A DNA stretch of 64,000 nucleotides from Mobula hypostoma (Eukaryota), in NCBI RefSeq assembly GCF_963921235.1, contig NC_086102.1, positions 17,856,001-17,920,000 on the forward strand, read 5' to 3'. How positions within the stretch are numbered: position 1 is the first letter of the stretch; the number at the start of each line of letters is the position of its first letter. This document shows, one piece after another, positions 26,601 through 38,489 of the stretch. The position numbers and the translations under genes are program-made. Below the pieces are notes generated by a model. The model saw only the letters and a list, made by a program, of their open reading frames with translations. It was not told the origin of the DNA and searched no databases.

Positions 26601-27440
26601 TGGAGTCCAGCTAATTGGGCCATTGGTTAATCAAGGCAGCCACTTATTTGGGACAACTCCTAAGGAACAAAAACTAATCGAGAAAATAACCAGGATATTC
26701 TTCATTGATTTGGGACACTGTCACTTAATTGGGACAGGAAACTGTTGGCCAACAGTTTCTAACTAGCTTCAGACACGTGCACTTGTGTGGCCATTACACA
26801 CTATACTGTGCTTCGAGCAAACTGGTTTTAAATATCATCACTTTGTGTGTGTTTGTGTTCAAAAATCAGTGACTTTTGTCACTAATAGTCAGCTAGAAAT
26901 AAGCAGGACAATTCAGAACTGTTCTGCTCATTGCAATTTCAAGGATTAAGGCTTAGAGATGGCAGAAATGGCCAGGAGTGAAAATGAAACGATTTCACTG
27001 CTTCAACAAGTTAGGATCTACAAAGAATTTGAAAGTATGAGCAATCATCTTGAATGTTACAGTGAAAATGAAAATTTGAAGGATGCATTTGCTGAATACA
27101 TTGTTTGAAGGCAGTCCACTGTCTGTACTGGGTGTCTGCAATGATTTTGTTCATTTACTGTGAATCAAAAGAATACAGTGGCAGACACTGGATTAAATTT
27201 TCTGTTGGTAACAATCAAGAACTAATAGTTTTATAATACTGTAGTAGTTTTGGTAGTCTTCCAAATTGTTCTTGATTTTATTCAAAAATACATAATTTGT
27301 TACTCAGTTAAATGGTAGTTTGGCTTTTACTTAAAATACATTTTAAAATAGATCCATGAAACTTCAGCTAATTGGGGCAGACGCTTATTTGTGCCAAGAT
27401 GAACTGGTCCTGATATGTCCCAATTAACTGAAATCCACTG
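26601..27440 (+). mobile_element. Tigger/pogo-like DNA transposon derivative
   Basis: Right terminus gtcccaattaactgaaatccactg-TA, degenerate left terminus tggagtccagctaattggg, internal repeated aattgggac motifs, acidic transposase-tail-like remnant (HLECYSENENLKDAF). Confidence 0.65.
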
Positions 27441-29789
27441 TATATTTAATTTTACCTGACATAGTATAGTTCAAAGAAATGGTACCTTTGCAATATGCTT
27501 ATACTTAAAAAGCAACTATGTGTTTTACACAAGTCCAAGTCCTCTTAAGTTGCAATGTAGATGCCCATAAAAGGTTGGTTAAGTATAAGCATGGTTGATA
27601 TAATTTGTTTACAGATGGACGTAAAACCTTACTGTCATTTTCAATATCCTTTACTCCCAGTACTGCATTTCCCAAGAACTTAATCTATAGCCATGTTATT
27701 AAGCAAGGTACCTTGTAAAGTAAATTGCTTTTATCATCAAATTTGCCACATTATACATCTCTGCTGCTCTACTTTGAATACTTGGAGAAGCATGTTCTCC
27801 TACCTCAACTGTGCTGTCTACCACTTATTGCAGTTAGTAGTTTATCTCATCCTTTTTTGGTTGGATATAGGGTTCTGCAAAACACGTATCCCAGCCTCAT
27901 TTATTATCATACCCTAAATTCATTAAGCAGAATATTGGCAGATTGCTGTATCTTACAAGATAATGTCCCCCATCCAATTCTTCAATAGAATTTAATACAA
28001 ATCAATTATTTTCTATTCTTGTTCCTTTATTTTGCTTCAACCACTGGAACTTTTACAACATTATTGTATGTTGTACGACTCACAGAAAAGTGGCATTTGG
28101 ACAAACAAACCTCTTATTCTGATAATGCAAATGCTACTTCTATACAAGAGAATATTTTCTCACATGGCTGGACAATATAGAAAAACAATGTAACAGCTGC
28201 TAATTTGTCCATTTCAGTGACTGAATCCTTCTCAACTTTTCAAACTGAGTCTAGATATGAGAATTTTCACTCATTGATTGGAATTTTGCATCAATTGACT
28301 GTATCTTCCTTAAATTCTCATTTTATTGAAAAACTGTAAAACTCCAATCCCACCCGCTGTACCTTCTTATGACCTCATTTATAAAATCTTAGTTGACATA
28401 ATTTAAGAATTAATTTACCTGGAAATCTGTTCCTACATTGGTAGCTCCTGTTGTACAAATGTTCTTCCTCCAGCTTGGTTTCTCAATTACAAATGATCAA
28501 GACTATGTTAAATTAACAAGCTTACTGAAAAAAAAGTTAAATATTTTTTAAAAAATAACTTGGAATCCATTTTGTTCCATCCTGCTTGGCAACTGATCTT
28601 TCATAAATGAATGCAATTCTATTATACAACATCTAGGTAATAGGGTTGGGCTGCATATAGTTATTGTATATCCAGCCCACCTACCTGCAGTACCACACTA
28701 GCACACACACTGTAGAGAGAATATTAGCTATTATACAATAAACAGTGACCAAGTTAGCATGTTCAGCTTCATGAATATTTTGTTCCTTTCTAAAAATGTT
28801 TTTCCCCAGTACATCAAATTGATAAAGCATTTTGAAGTTTTAAACCAGGCAATTCAGTACCAATTTTTTTCCCATACTTGATAGAAGCCAATACTGTACT
28901 ATGTGTAGAAGCCAATTCATGAGCAAATTCCAAATCAACATTTAATGGGAAATAAAAATCTTGCCTTACATATTTACCAATGGATTATACAAATTAAAAT
29001 ATTAAAATACAGTTTAATGGAATTTTACTTCAATTAAATTTTCATTAACAATTTTTTGTCAAAATGTATCACTCCACTGATTTAATTTCACAGCCTGAGT
29101 CACTTTTGGACAGGCTATGGTGGAGCTAGCATATATAGAGATAAAAGGTAGCTACAAGAAAAACTGCTGGGAAAAAGCCAGATAACAACCAGAAGGATTC
29201 AATTTCCTTACTGTCAGCCATGACATATATTTACACCACATTTGTACAAACACTATTTCTGAGAAGACCCTTATACACAAGAATTTACAGGCTGCATACT
29301 TTAAAGCGATAATGGAAATAAAATCCAAAGTAATAGAGTTTAGCTTAATAACAACCCACTATTTTATTTCCAATTCTGATAATGTTTTGTACTTTTCTGT
29401 TCTCATGACTACTGAAAACAAATACTACTATTGTTCTAGTTGAACCTTAAATGTGGTTATAATTCTTACCGAAACAGCTATCTGAAAGCTGGAACTTATC
29501 AATTATGTCAATGTGTTTATAACCACTATTTTGGGCCAGGCAAAGTTCTTCAAAGCAGGAAAAATGGGAGTAAAAATTTCTGACCTACCTGATCTCTAGA
29601 ATTACTTCATTATCTTATACCACTGCTAAATTATAGAGTCTTACATGGGAAAGAAATGTGATCCTCTGACTTGTTCATGATTGACCATCAGTCACACTCT
29701 TCATACCCCAATGTTAACTTGGCCTTGGCTCCCAGACCTAATTCAATCTGTACATTTACCCTTTTTGTTTAATAAGTAATCCCCTTCTA

Positions 29790-30520
29790 AAAATGGAGGA
29801 TACATTGTATCGAGAAGAGTATGATGTGTGGCATCTCCTCAAAGAACTGGGTTTTTCCATCATATTTGTCAATAATTCATATGAAGGAGGAATAGTTAGA
29901 TTCCTTTGTCTCCAGCTCATGCCATACGAGAAAGATTTATGGAAATGTGAGCAGAAAGTTATGAAAAAACTGACAACCTATAAAGTGATGAAACTTTAGA
30001 GAAATGGATTCAACACATGCAAAAGGCGATCTGTTTTGGACCCAAAAAGATAATCAATATTTTTTTTTAATGGAAACTGGAAGTGCAGAGGATCAAAGAT
30101 ATACAAGTCCATAAATCATAAAAAGCTGGTAGTCAGTCAAGTAATCAAAAAATTATGGCATTATGTTGCTCCCTCCTCCCAATTGACAGGTGTTTCTGTA
30201 ACAGAGGATGAAATTGTAGCTCAGTTGGTCAGACCCCCACCTGCAGCTCATAAGTTTAAGTGTGTTAAAATAACTCAGGTTTAGTAGAGAGAAGCTAATT
30301 TCTCTGGTAAAGAAAATCATTAACAAAAGGCAGCCTTAAAACTTGTTGGGCCACTCAGCAGCAAAATGAGGAACTGATTCCTCTACATACTTAAATATTG
30401 CTCCAGGCGTTCCTGTAAATGGACAGCACAACTCTAGAACTCTCAAAAGATATTGATCCGAGGAAAATTGCAGTTTAAGGTCAAAAGAGATTTTGGTGAA
30501 GCAACAGAATCAAAGAATAT
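29790..30520 (+). mobile_element. Very old CR1-like remnant
   Basis: Patchy similarity to the CR1 RT 3' region (ttggtcagacccccacctg, aagtgcagagggat-like segments). Confidence 0.4.
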
Positions 30521-32846
30521 GGCTGCAAATTAGCCTCCAACAGAAATTTAGGATTATCAGTTTTTGATCCAAAGGATTAGGTCTCTCCAGCTAAAGTGTC
30601 TTAGCTAAGAATGGAATATCAACAGTAAATGGGAACATCCATTAAAAAACTTTTCAACTAGTCGTTTAACAAAATGTACTTTGAAAAATTTACCTCCTTT
30701 TCCAGTAAAAATATAGAATATGAAACATCTTCCCTTGCCATTTGCATCTTAATTGAACTGAAATATCTTCTTGCACCCATAATGAAGATCCAAACAGTAC
30801 ACAGAAAATTGCAAATTTTTCAATCTTGTACTTACCTGCCCCAAAAATTGACATAACGAACAGGAGATTCCTATTGATACATTAGTCTAGCATTTTGTTA
30901 AAACATGATACATCTTCTGAAATTATCACCTTAAATGAATCTTTTAAAAGTTAGAAATGTAATAATGAAAGGTTTTGGCTAGGATTTTCTATTCTCTATC
31001 AGCATAGTGGTATCCTGTGCAAGTAGAAAAATGTCTTTGCCCCAACTGAATTTCCAGGTAAATATACAATTACAGGAATAGTACTTCTGTTACAAAGCTT
31101 TGTGATCAATTTGTTTAATATTTAAACTGTGTAATATTAAAATTAACAATTCCAAGTTACAAAGACAATTTCATTCAGGTTACAAAGACAATTTTAGTTA
31201 CTGCTGTATACTGAAATTTAGAAATTTGTTTTTGTTTAGCTATAATCTTACAATCAAACATGTCAACTTGAAGCACACTTCAGAAGATTTGAAAACATTA
31301 TTCCAACAGACATCCAAATATTGGAGCTGAATTTTAAACTCTACTGTAAGTGAATTCAGAAACTGTTGAGCCTATTGAATCCTATTTATTTTATTGAGTG
31401 CTGTGTAAACTACTGAAATCATGAAGATTTCCATACAACAGGGTTCCACCGTATGTCATCACTAGATAACTTACCTTCTGTCCAAATGAATTCATTCCGA
31501 AGATGTGGCAGTTGCTTTAAAGGCTAGCATTTATTGCTGAGCAGAGATTGTTTGTGAGAAGTTAATGAACTGCTTTTTTTTGAATCAGTGCAAACTATGT
31601 GATGAAAGAGTCACACAGTGCTGGCAAAAGAATTCAGTTCTTTTTTAAACCAAAGGAGGAATGGTTATTTATTTCAAACCCAGAATGGAGTACAAGATGG
31701 TCGGGAGTATTTACAGCTTCTGGAGTCTCCACACACCTGCTGCTCTGGCCCTTCCTGGTGATGTTATTCCAGGATGGGGAGGTGGTCCCTCTTGATTTAC
31801 AGGAGGGCACCATGATGATAGCACACACTGCAGTCGCCATGCGTCACTGATCGAGGGACGCCTGTTCTTAAGGTAAAAGTTTAACCGCAAATCGAAACAG
31901 AACTTCGCTGAATAAGTAGCAAAATTTTTCGACGATAGAGCTAGCAAGGCACGATTCTGAGGCTGACAAATCATTTTATACCAAGTAGCAAACACGTTTA
32001 TTACTTAGATACTTTGGGCACCCTGTATACTAGGCAAGGTTCAAAAAATAATTTTGCATTTGCACCACCAGTTGAACGCATGAGAAAAGAATTTAACTTC
32101 TCCATTAAAATTCATTAAACAATGTTCAAATCACAAGCTTACAATGTGAAAAAGGCACATCTGCAACATATATTCTAACTCAAAACATTTAATACCTCAT
32201 TTTAAATAATACACAAATTTCAAGATGGGACGAGATCGCACAAGAGAAACAATGGTCCGAAATAAGCTTAGTTTTCTCTTTAGAAAGGAAAGGGTTGAGA
32301 GGAGCAGCTTCATCTCCAAACATTTGATTTAAAAAAGAGACAGCCGAGGCTTTAGTCCCAAGAACGGGGAGGGATTGAGTTGGGATAAAAGGGGAGGGTG
32401 GGGGGGGGGAAAAGAAGGGGTAGAGTCTGCGGGTAGTATTAAGCCTCTGTGGTGCGGTTTCTTCAGCTAATCCCTCTGTCCACAGTCTCCACAGAACAGC
32501 AGCAACAACATAGCAGCAGCAGCAGCAGCCGCCGCTCGTCCCTGGCGGCGCCAATTATGCGGCCTGTGGCTTCAATGGCCAACCGACTCTACTGGCAAAA
32601 ACAGCAACACACACAACGCACCATCCTGACACCGAAAACAACCCAAAAAATAAACCCTCCATTCATTTTTAAAAGGTAGAAACAGCAACAGCAGCAGGTC
32701 GGGTAACACTCTCCCGTTACTCAGTCGGCTGGCGCTTTCGTTGGATAAACCGGCAGCGGGAAGATGGCGACTGGTTTTTTTTCGCTTTGCTTTCTTGTTT
32801 TGTTTTGTCCTGTTTTTTTTTGTTTTGTGTGGGTATGAACACTCAC

Positions 32847-32891
32847 CCGCTGCATGGCTTTCAGAATCAATGCGAGTTCGTATCTGGGCAT
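32847..32891 (-). CDS. MRPS6: Mitochondrial ribosomal protein S6, first coding exon (probably shared first exon with SLC5A3)
   Basis: Minus strand reads ATG CCC AGA TAC GAA CTC GCA TTG ATT CTG AAA GCC ATG CAG CGG|GTGAGT = MPRYELALILKAMQR, matching the vertebrate MRPS6 N-terminus as I recall it. A consensus phase-0 donor follows (32841-32846), inside a CpG-rich region. I did not find later exons; they probably lie left of position 1. Confidence 0.95.
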
Positions 32892-32993
32892 GCTGTGGCG
32901 CTACTGGCTCTACAGCGCTTCTATCGCGAGTCCTTTATACGTACAGACGGCCGCCTCCAACACACGATGTACCTCCTGACAACGCCCCAGTGC

Positions 32994-33066
32994 GCAGCCG
33001 CGGCGCTCTTAAAGGTGCAGTCGCGGCGCTCTTAAAGGAGCAGTCGCGGCGCTATCTTAAAGGCGC
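32994..33066. repeat. Three tandem copies of a 23-25 bp GC-rich unit in the MRPS6/SLC5A3 promoter
   Basis: gcagccgcggcgctcttaaaggt / gcagtcgcggcgctcttaaagga / gcagtcgcggcgctatcttaaaggc. Confidence 0.9.
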
Positions 33067-33244
33067 GGGCAACATACACAAAATACTGGGGGAACTCAAC
33101 AGGCCAAGGACTGGGGAAGATAAAATGAGAAGTTAAAGCAAAAACGTTTTCGCGTCTTGCGCTTAAAGGCGCATCCCACTTCTTGCCTCATCTTTAATGC
33201 GGCGGCTAAGGGGCATTAGAGCAAACAGCAGAAAAGAACCGCAC

Positions 33245-33392
33245 AAGCACGAGAAAATCTGCAGATGCTGGAGATCCAGAGCAACACACAAAATGCTGGA
33301 TGAACTCAGCAGGCCAGGTAGCATTTATGGAAGAGAGTAAAACAGCTGACCTTTCGCGCTGAGACTCTTCTTCAGAACTGGAAAGAAAGGGG
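33245..33392 (-). mobile_element. Penelope-associated repeat with degenerate hammerhead core
   Basis: aatctgcagatgctgga...cacacaaaatgctggatgaactcagcaggccagg...; minus 33380-33343 reads CAGUU CUGAAGA AGAGUCUCAGCGC GAAAG GUC AGCUG. Confidence 0.7.
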
Positions 33393-33399
33393 AGGTCCA

Positions 33400-34012
33400 T
33401 TTAACCTACTTCACGACGGATGGTGCCGATAAGTGGCAACTCTTTGCGTGCAGCTCCAATAGGAATCATCAAATATTCACGTCTAGCTGAAATTCACGGT
33501 CACAGCCATTGCTACTTCAATAAGCACCATCACTTTAAGACTTTTTAAAAATTATTGATCCTCAAAATCAGCGTACCCTGAACGGCAGACACAGGACACG
33601 AGTGCGCTTCCCCTTTTAAGAAAACAGAGCTAGTTTACTGGTACAATGAAATGCAGACATCTTAAGGCCCCACTCCTAACTATCCTGCTGGCAAATGTAC
33701 AGTCTCAGGAAAACAAAATTGAAGACCTCAGAACAAGATTGCAGTACCAGAGGGATTGCTGTGTACTGTGCTTCACAGAAACGTGGCTCAACCCTGCCAT
33801 TTCAGACGCAACACTGCAGCCCAAGGGTTTTACCATTCACCACAAAGACAGGACATATCAATCTTTTAAAGGCAGAGGAGGGGAAGTACATTTATGATTA
33901 ATTCATTGAGGTGCTGTCTAAATCCTGCTCACCCCACCTGGAATATCTAGCAGTCAAGTGTTGTCCATTTTATCTGCTGAGGCAGTTTACCACCATCATC
34001 CTGGCAGTGGAG
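33400..34012 (+). mobile_element. Rex1/Babar LINE 5' part (APE endonuclease remnant)
   Basis: ILLANVQSQENKIEDLR...CCVLCFTETWLNP...GFTIHHKDRT...GRGG; CSPHLEYLAVKCCPFYL. Confidence 0.85.
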
Positions 34013-35170
34013 TACAAGGCAGTGTTTTCTGTCATGTTGACTGATGCCTTCAGAGATGGTGGCATAGGCATCAACATCAGATTCTGCACTGATAGGAAAT
34101 CGTTCAACTTCAGGTGGATCCAAGCAAAAACAAAGGTTATGACAGACATCAACAGAGATTTCCATTTTGCTGATAACTGCCCTCTCAATGCTGGTTCAAA
34201 AGATTATATGGAGTGCTGTGTCGACAACCTTTTTGGTGTGCGTACAAACTTTCAGCTTACCATCAACAAGAAATTGTTGATGAAGTAATGCATCAGCCAT
34301 TTCCAGGAAAAGCATACGTTCAGCCAAATATCACAATCAATGGTCAAAGGCTCAACCCAGTGAACAGATTCACGTATCTTGGCAGCACGCTGACCCAGAA
34401 CATCGTCATTGATGGAGAAGTAAACAGCAGGATCACCAAAGCAAGTGTAACCTTCAGCACACTTTATACCAATGTTTGGAATAGAAGAGACACAAGTCTA
34501 CAGACGAAGCTTAAGGTGTACAGGGCCATAGTACTTCCCAGTCTGCTTTACACCTGTGAAACATGACAATGTACCAAAGGCACACCAAAAAACAGAACTA
34601 TTTCCATACAGCCTGTCTCAGAAAGCTCCTCAACGTAAAGTAGAAAGAAAGAATCCCTGACACTGAGGTACTTACCGAGGCCGGACTGCCCAGTATCTAC
34701 ACCCTCCTGATGAAGTCCCAGTTACACTGGGCAGGCCATGTAGCTCGTATGCCAGACCATCCGCTGCCTAAGAGAGTGCTCTATGCAGAACTACAGAAAG
34801 GAAAGTGTTCCCGTGGAGGCCAAAGGAAACGCTATAGAGACATGCTGAAAACTTCACTCATAGCCTTCAGCTTCAACCCAGACACATGGGAACAAATCGC
34901 ACAGGTTTGGGTTGAGTGGCGCTTCTCCCTCTACAAGGGTGCAGTAACACAAGAGGCAGAAAGGACAATTGCAGCAGAGAGACGTAGGGTGGCCAGGAAA
35001 CCCCAAGCCAGTGACCCCCACAACCCAATGTGGCTGCCATCTCTTGTCCACACTGCCAAAGAACTTTGAACCTCTCCTTGCCATCTGTGTACCCACAGAC
35101 CGGTGCAGCCCCTACAGATCGCAGATGACTAGAGTGGTTCTCATAGTTACATGATGGACGAATGAACAAA
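34013..35170 (+). mobile_element. RTE-clade LINE 3' half
   Basis: FADNC, FTYLGSTL...EVNSRITKAS...TKLKVYRAIVLPSLLYTCET, QLHWAGHVARMPDHPLPKRVLYAELQKGKCSRGGQRKRY; short tandem tail. Confidence 0.9.
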
Positions 35171-35509
35171 GGGTAACGGTATACATTCTACTTCTGGCTA
35201 ATGTCATTCAGGCACTGGAGAAGCCGAGCACTGTGATCAACAGACACAAAACAGTATACCTTGATGCCTTCCCTATTGTTGAAAACCACTGTTTTTTTAA
35301 AAAGGACTTTATATATCAGATAAATTCAGATAAGATGAAAGTTGTAGTTTAATCATTTGTACTTTTGAACAAACTCATGTATTTTTCACAGCACGTGGAG
35401 GTTCATCCCCACTCACTGGCAAAAAGTGGTATAGCAGTTAAACTAAAGGTTTATCACCTTTCTCCTTTTCCACTGGCTAAATGTTAGCACATAACCCACA
35501 TGATATAAC

Positions 35510-38150
35510 TGTGCCTCCATGATCTCTTCAGCCACTTCTTTCAGAACTCTGGAGTGTACACCATCTGGTCCAGGTTACTTATCTACCTTCAGACCTTTGT
35601 TTCCCAAGAACCTTCACTCTAGTTATGGTAACTTCACACACTTCATGCCCTCTGACAGCTGGAACTTCAACCATGGTACTAGTGTCTTCCAGAGTGAAGA
35701 CTGATGCAAAATACTTATTCAGTTTGTCCACTATTTTGTTGCTCCCCCCCCCCCATTACTACTTCTCCAGCATCATTTTCCAGTCATCTGCTACACATTT
35801 TTGCCCCTCTTTTACACTTTATGTATCTGAAGAATCTTTTGGTATTCTCTAATAGAAACATAGAAAACCTACAGCACAATACAGGCCCTTCGGCCCACAA
35901 AACTGTGCTGAACATGTCCTTACCTTAGAAATTACCTAGGGTTACCCATAGCCCAATATTACTGGCTAGCTTACTTTCATATTCCTTCTTTACCTTCTTA
36001 ATGGCTTCTTTTTTAATTCCCTTCTGTTGGTTTTTAAAAGCTTCCCAATCCTCTAACTTCCCACTAATCTTTGCTCTATATAATGCCTTCTCTTTAGCTT
36101 TTATGTTGGCTTTGACTTCTCTTGTTAGCCACAGTTGTGTCATCTTTCCTTTAGAATACTTCTTCCTCTTTGGGTTGTATATATTCTGTGTCTTCCAAAT
36201 TGCTTCCAGGAATTCCAGCCATTGCTGCTCTGCCATCATCCCTGCCAGTGTCCTTTTCCAATCAATTCTAGCCGACTCCTCTCTCTTGCCTCTGTAATTC
36301 CCTTTACTCCACTCTAATACTGATACATCTGACTTTAGTTTCTCCTTCTCAAATTTCAAGGTGAATTTGATCATATTATGATAACTTGAACCTCTCCCCA
36401 CCCCCACCCCCACCCCACACAAAGGATTCTTTTACCTTAAGCTCTCTGATCAATTCTGGTTCATTGCACAACACCCAATCCAGAATAGCTGATCCTCTAG
36501 TGGGCTCAACCACAAGCTACTCTAAAAAGCCATCTTGTCAGCACTCTAGAAATTCTCCCTCTTGGAATCCAGCACCAGCCTGATTTCCCAATCTACCTGC
36601 ATATTCAAGTCCCCCATGACTATTGTAACATTGCCCTTTTGGCATGCATTTCCTATCTCCTGTTGTAATTTGTAGGCAACATCCTTACTACTGTTTGGGG
36701 GTCTGTATACAACTCTCATCAGGGTCTTTACTGCCTTGCACTTCCTTAGCACTATCCACAATAATTCAACACCTTCTGACCCCATGTCACCTCTTTCTAA
36801 TGATTTGATTTCATTTTTTTACCAACAGAGCAACGCTGCCCCCTCTGCCTTCCTGTCTGTCCCTTTGATGCAATGTGTATCGTTGCACATTAAGCTATAA
36901 TCTTCTTTCAGTTATGATTCCGTGATGCCTACAATATCATACCTGCCAATCTGCAACTGTGCTACAAGTTCATCTACCCTATTCTGTATACCGTGCACAT
37001 TCAGATACAACACCTTCAGTCCTGTATAAAACCTTGTTGGTTTTGTCGCATCATGCTCAACCTTTTGATCCCTAACTTTGTCTGATGTCTTACCAACATC
37101 TGCCTCCGCAACCTCTCCATCAACTTGAACTCTGGTTCCCAACCCCCTGCAATTCTAGTTTAAACCCCAACGTGTCGCATTAACAAATCTTCTCACCAGG
37201 ATGTTAATTCCCCTCCAGCTCAGATGCAAACTATCCCTTCTGTACAGGTCGCACCTTCTCTGGAAAGGAGACCAATGATTCAAAAATCTTATGCTTTCCT
37301 CCTGCACCAACTCCTCATATTAAACTGTAGTACATGTTCAGCACAGCATTGTAGGGCCCGTATTGTGCTGCAGGTTTTCTGTGTTTCTATGTATAATCTT
37401 CCTAGTTCTGGCCCCACTAGTACACAGCATGGGTAGTAATCCAGAGATCACAGCCCTGGAGGTTCTGCCCTTTAAATTAGCACCTAACTCCCTGAACTCC
37501 CTTTGCAGAACCTCGTTACTTGTTCTACTCATGTCATTGATATCTACGTGGACTATGACTTCTGACTGTTCACCCTCCCACTAAAAGAATGCTGAGGACT
37601 CAATCCGAGACATCCCAGACCCTGGCACCCGGGAGGCAACATACCAGCTGGAAATCTCGTTCTCACCCACAGAACCTCCTGTCCATTCCCCTAACTAGCA
37701 AATCCCCTATCACCACAGCAAGCTTCTTTGCCCTCCCCCTTCCCTTCTGAGTCATAGAGGCAGACTTAGTGCCAGAGACCCGACCACTGTGACTTTCCTC
37801 TGTCAAGTCACCCACCCCACCCCTCACCAACAGTATCCCAAGTGCTATACCTGTTGTTGAGGGGGATGACCACAGGTGTATTCTGCACTGGCTCCTTAAT
37901 CCCTTTCTCTTTCCTGACTCCCAGTTTTCTGTGTCCTGCACCTTGGGTGTAACTACTTCTCTCTATATGTCCCATCTATCACCACTTCAGCCTCCCAAAT
38001 GATCCAGAGTTCATCCAGTTCCAGCTCCTCAGTACAGTTTGTTAGAAGCTGCACCTCGATGTACTTCTCACAGTTGTCGTGGTCAAGAAGATTCTGGAGG
38101 TCCCCCTGTCTTCCCAAATCCTGCAAGAGGAGCATTGCACTGTCATCTCT
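35510..38150 (-). mobile_element. CR1 LINE 5' portion: ORF1 (SGNH esterase-like) plus ORF2 APE endonuclease, degenerate, with nested short CR1 3' fragments
   Basis: ORF1 remnants AVVIGDLLVRGMDRRFCG and LQREFRELGANLKGRTSRAVISGLLP; ORF2 remnants LKVLYLNVHGIQN...YDIVGITES, VVYRPPNS, IVMGDLN. Inserts at ~35850-35950 and ~37335-37392. Confidence 0.9.
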
Positions 38151-38489
38151 ACCTAGCTGAGCAGATATAAAGAAGTAAATAAAAACTTGAACTTTGCTTT
38201 CTCTGAGTGAAGCCTCTCTTTGCTGAAGCCTCGAAGCTTCAGAGTGGACATGATCACCACTCTGATTATGTCCACACATTATCTCGATTATAAAGGGCAT
38301 GGATTTTTCAGAGGTGCCATCCTTTTCACTTTTTATCTTCACTTTCTTTGCTTTTCATTCACCTCTGCTTTGCTTCTCAGCTTTGTACTTAGTTTGCTTA
38401 GTATCTGTATGTTTCTTTAAACTTTACAATGAACAATCAGTGAGAATTAAGACTGCTTGCCATTCTCGACACCCAGAAGAAGAAGTTCA

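Larger units (their letters stand above)
32400..33210 (-). promoter_or_regulatory. CpG-rich promoter/first-exon region of MRPS6/SLC5A3
   Basis: Strong local CpG enrichment in an otherwise CpG-poor window. TATAAAG on the minus strand at 32939-32933, about 45 nt upstream of the ATG. YY1-like AAGATGGCG at 32761-32769. Tandem GCGCTCTTAAAGG motifs. Confidence 0.8.

Noticed and set aside
32994-33066. Tandem repeat as a CRISPR-like array
   Set aside because: No unique spacers and a eukaryotic context; it is a simple promoter minisatellite.
32189-33136. ORFs of 76-131 aa over the CpG-rich region
   Set aside because: Low-complexity translations of GC-rich promoter and (CAG)n sequence; the real coding element is the 45-nt MRPS6 exon.
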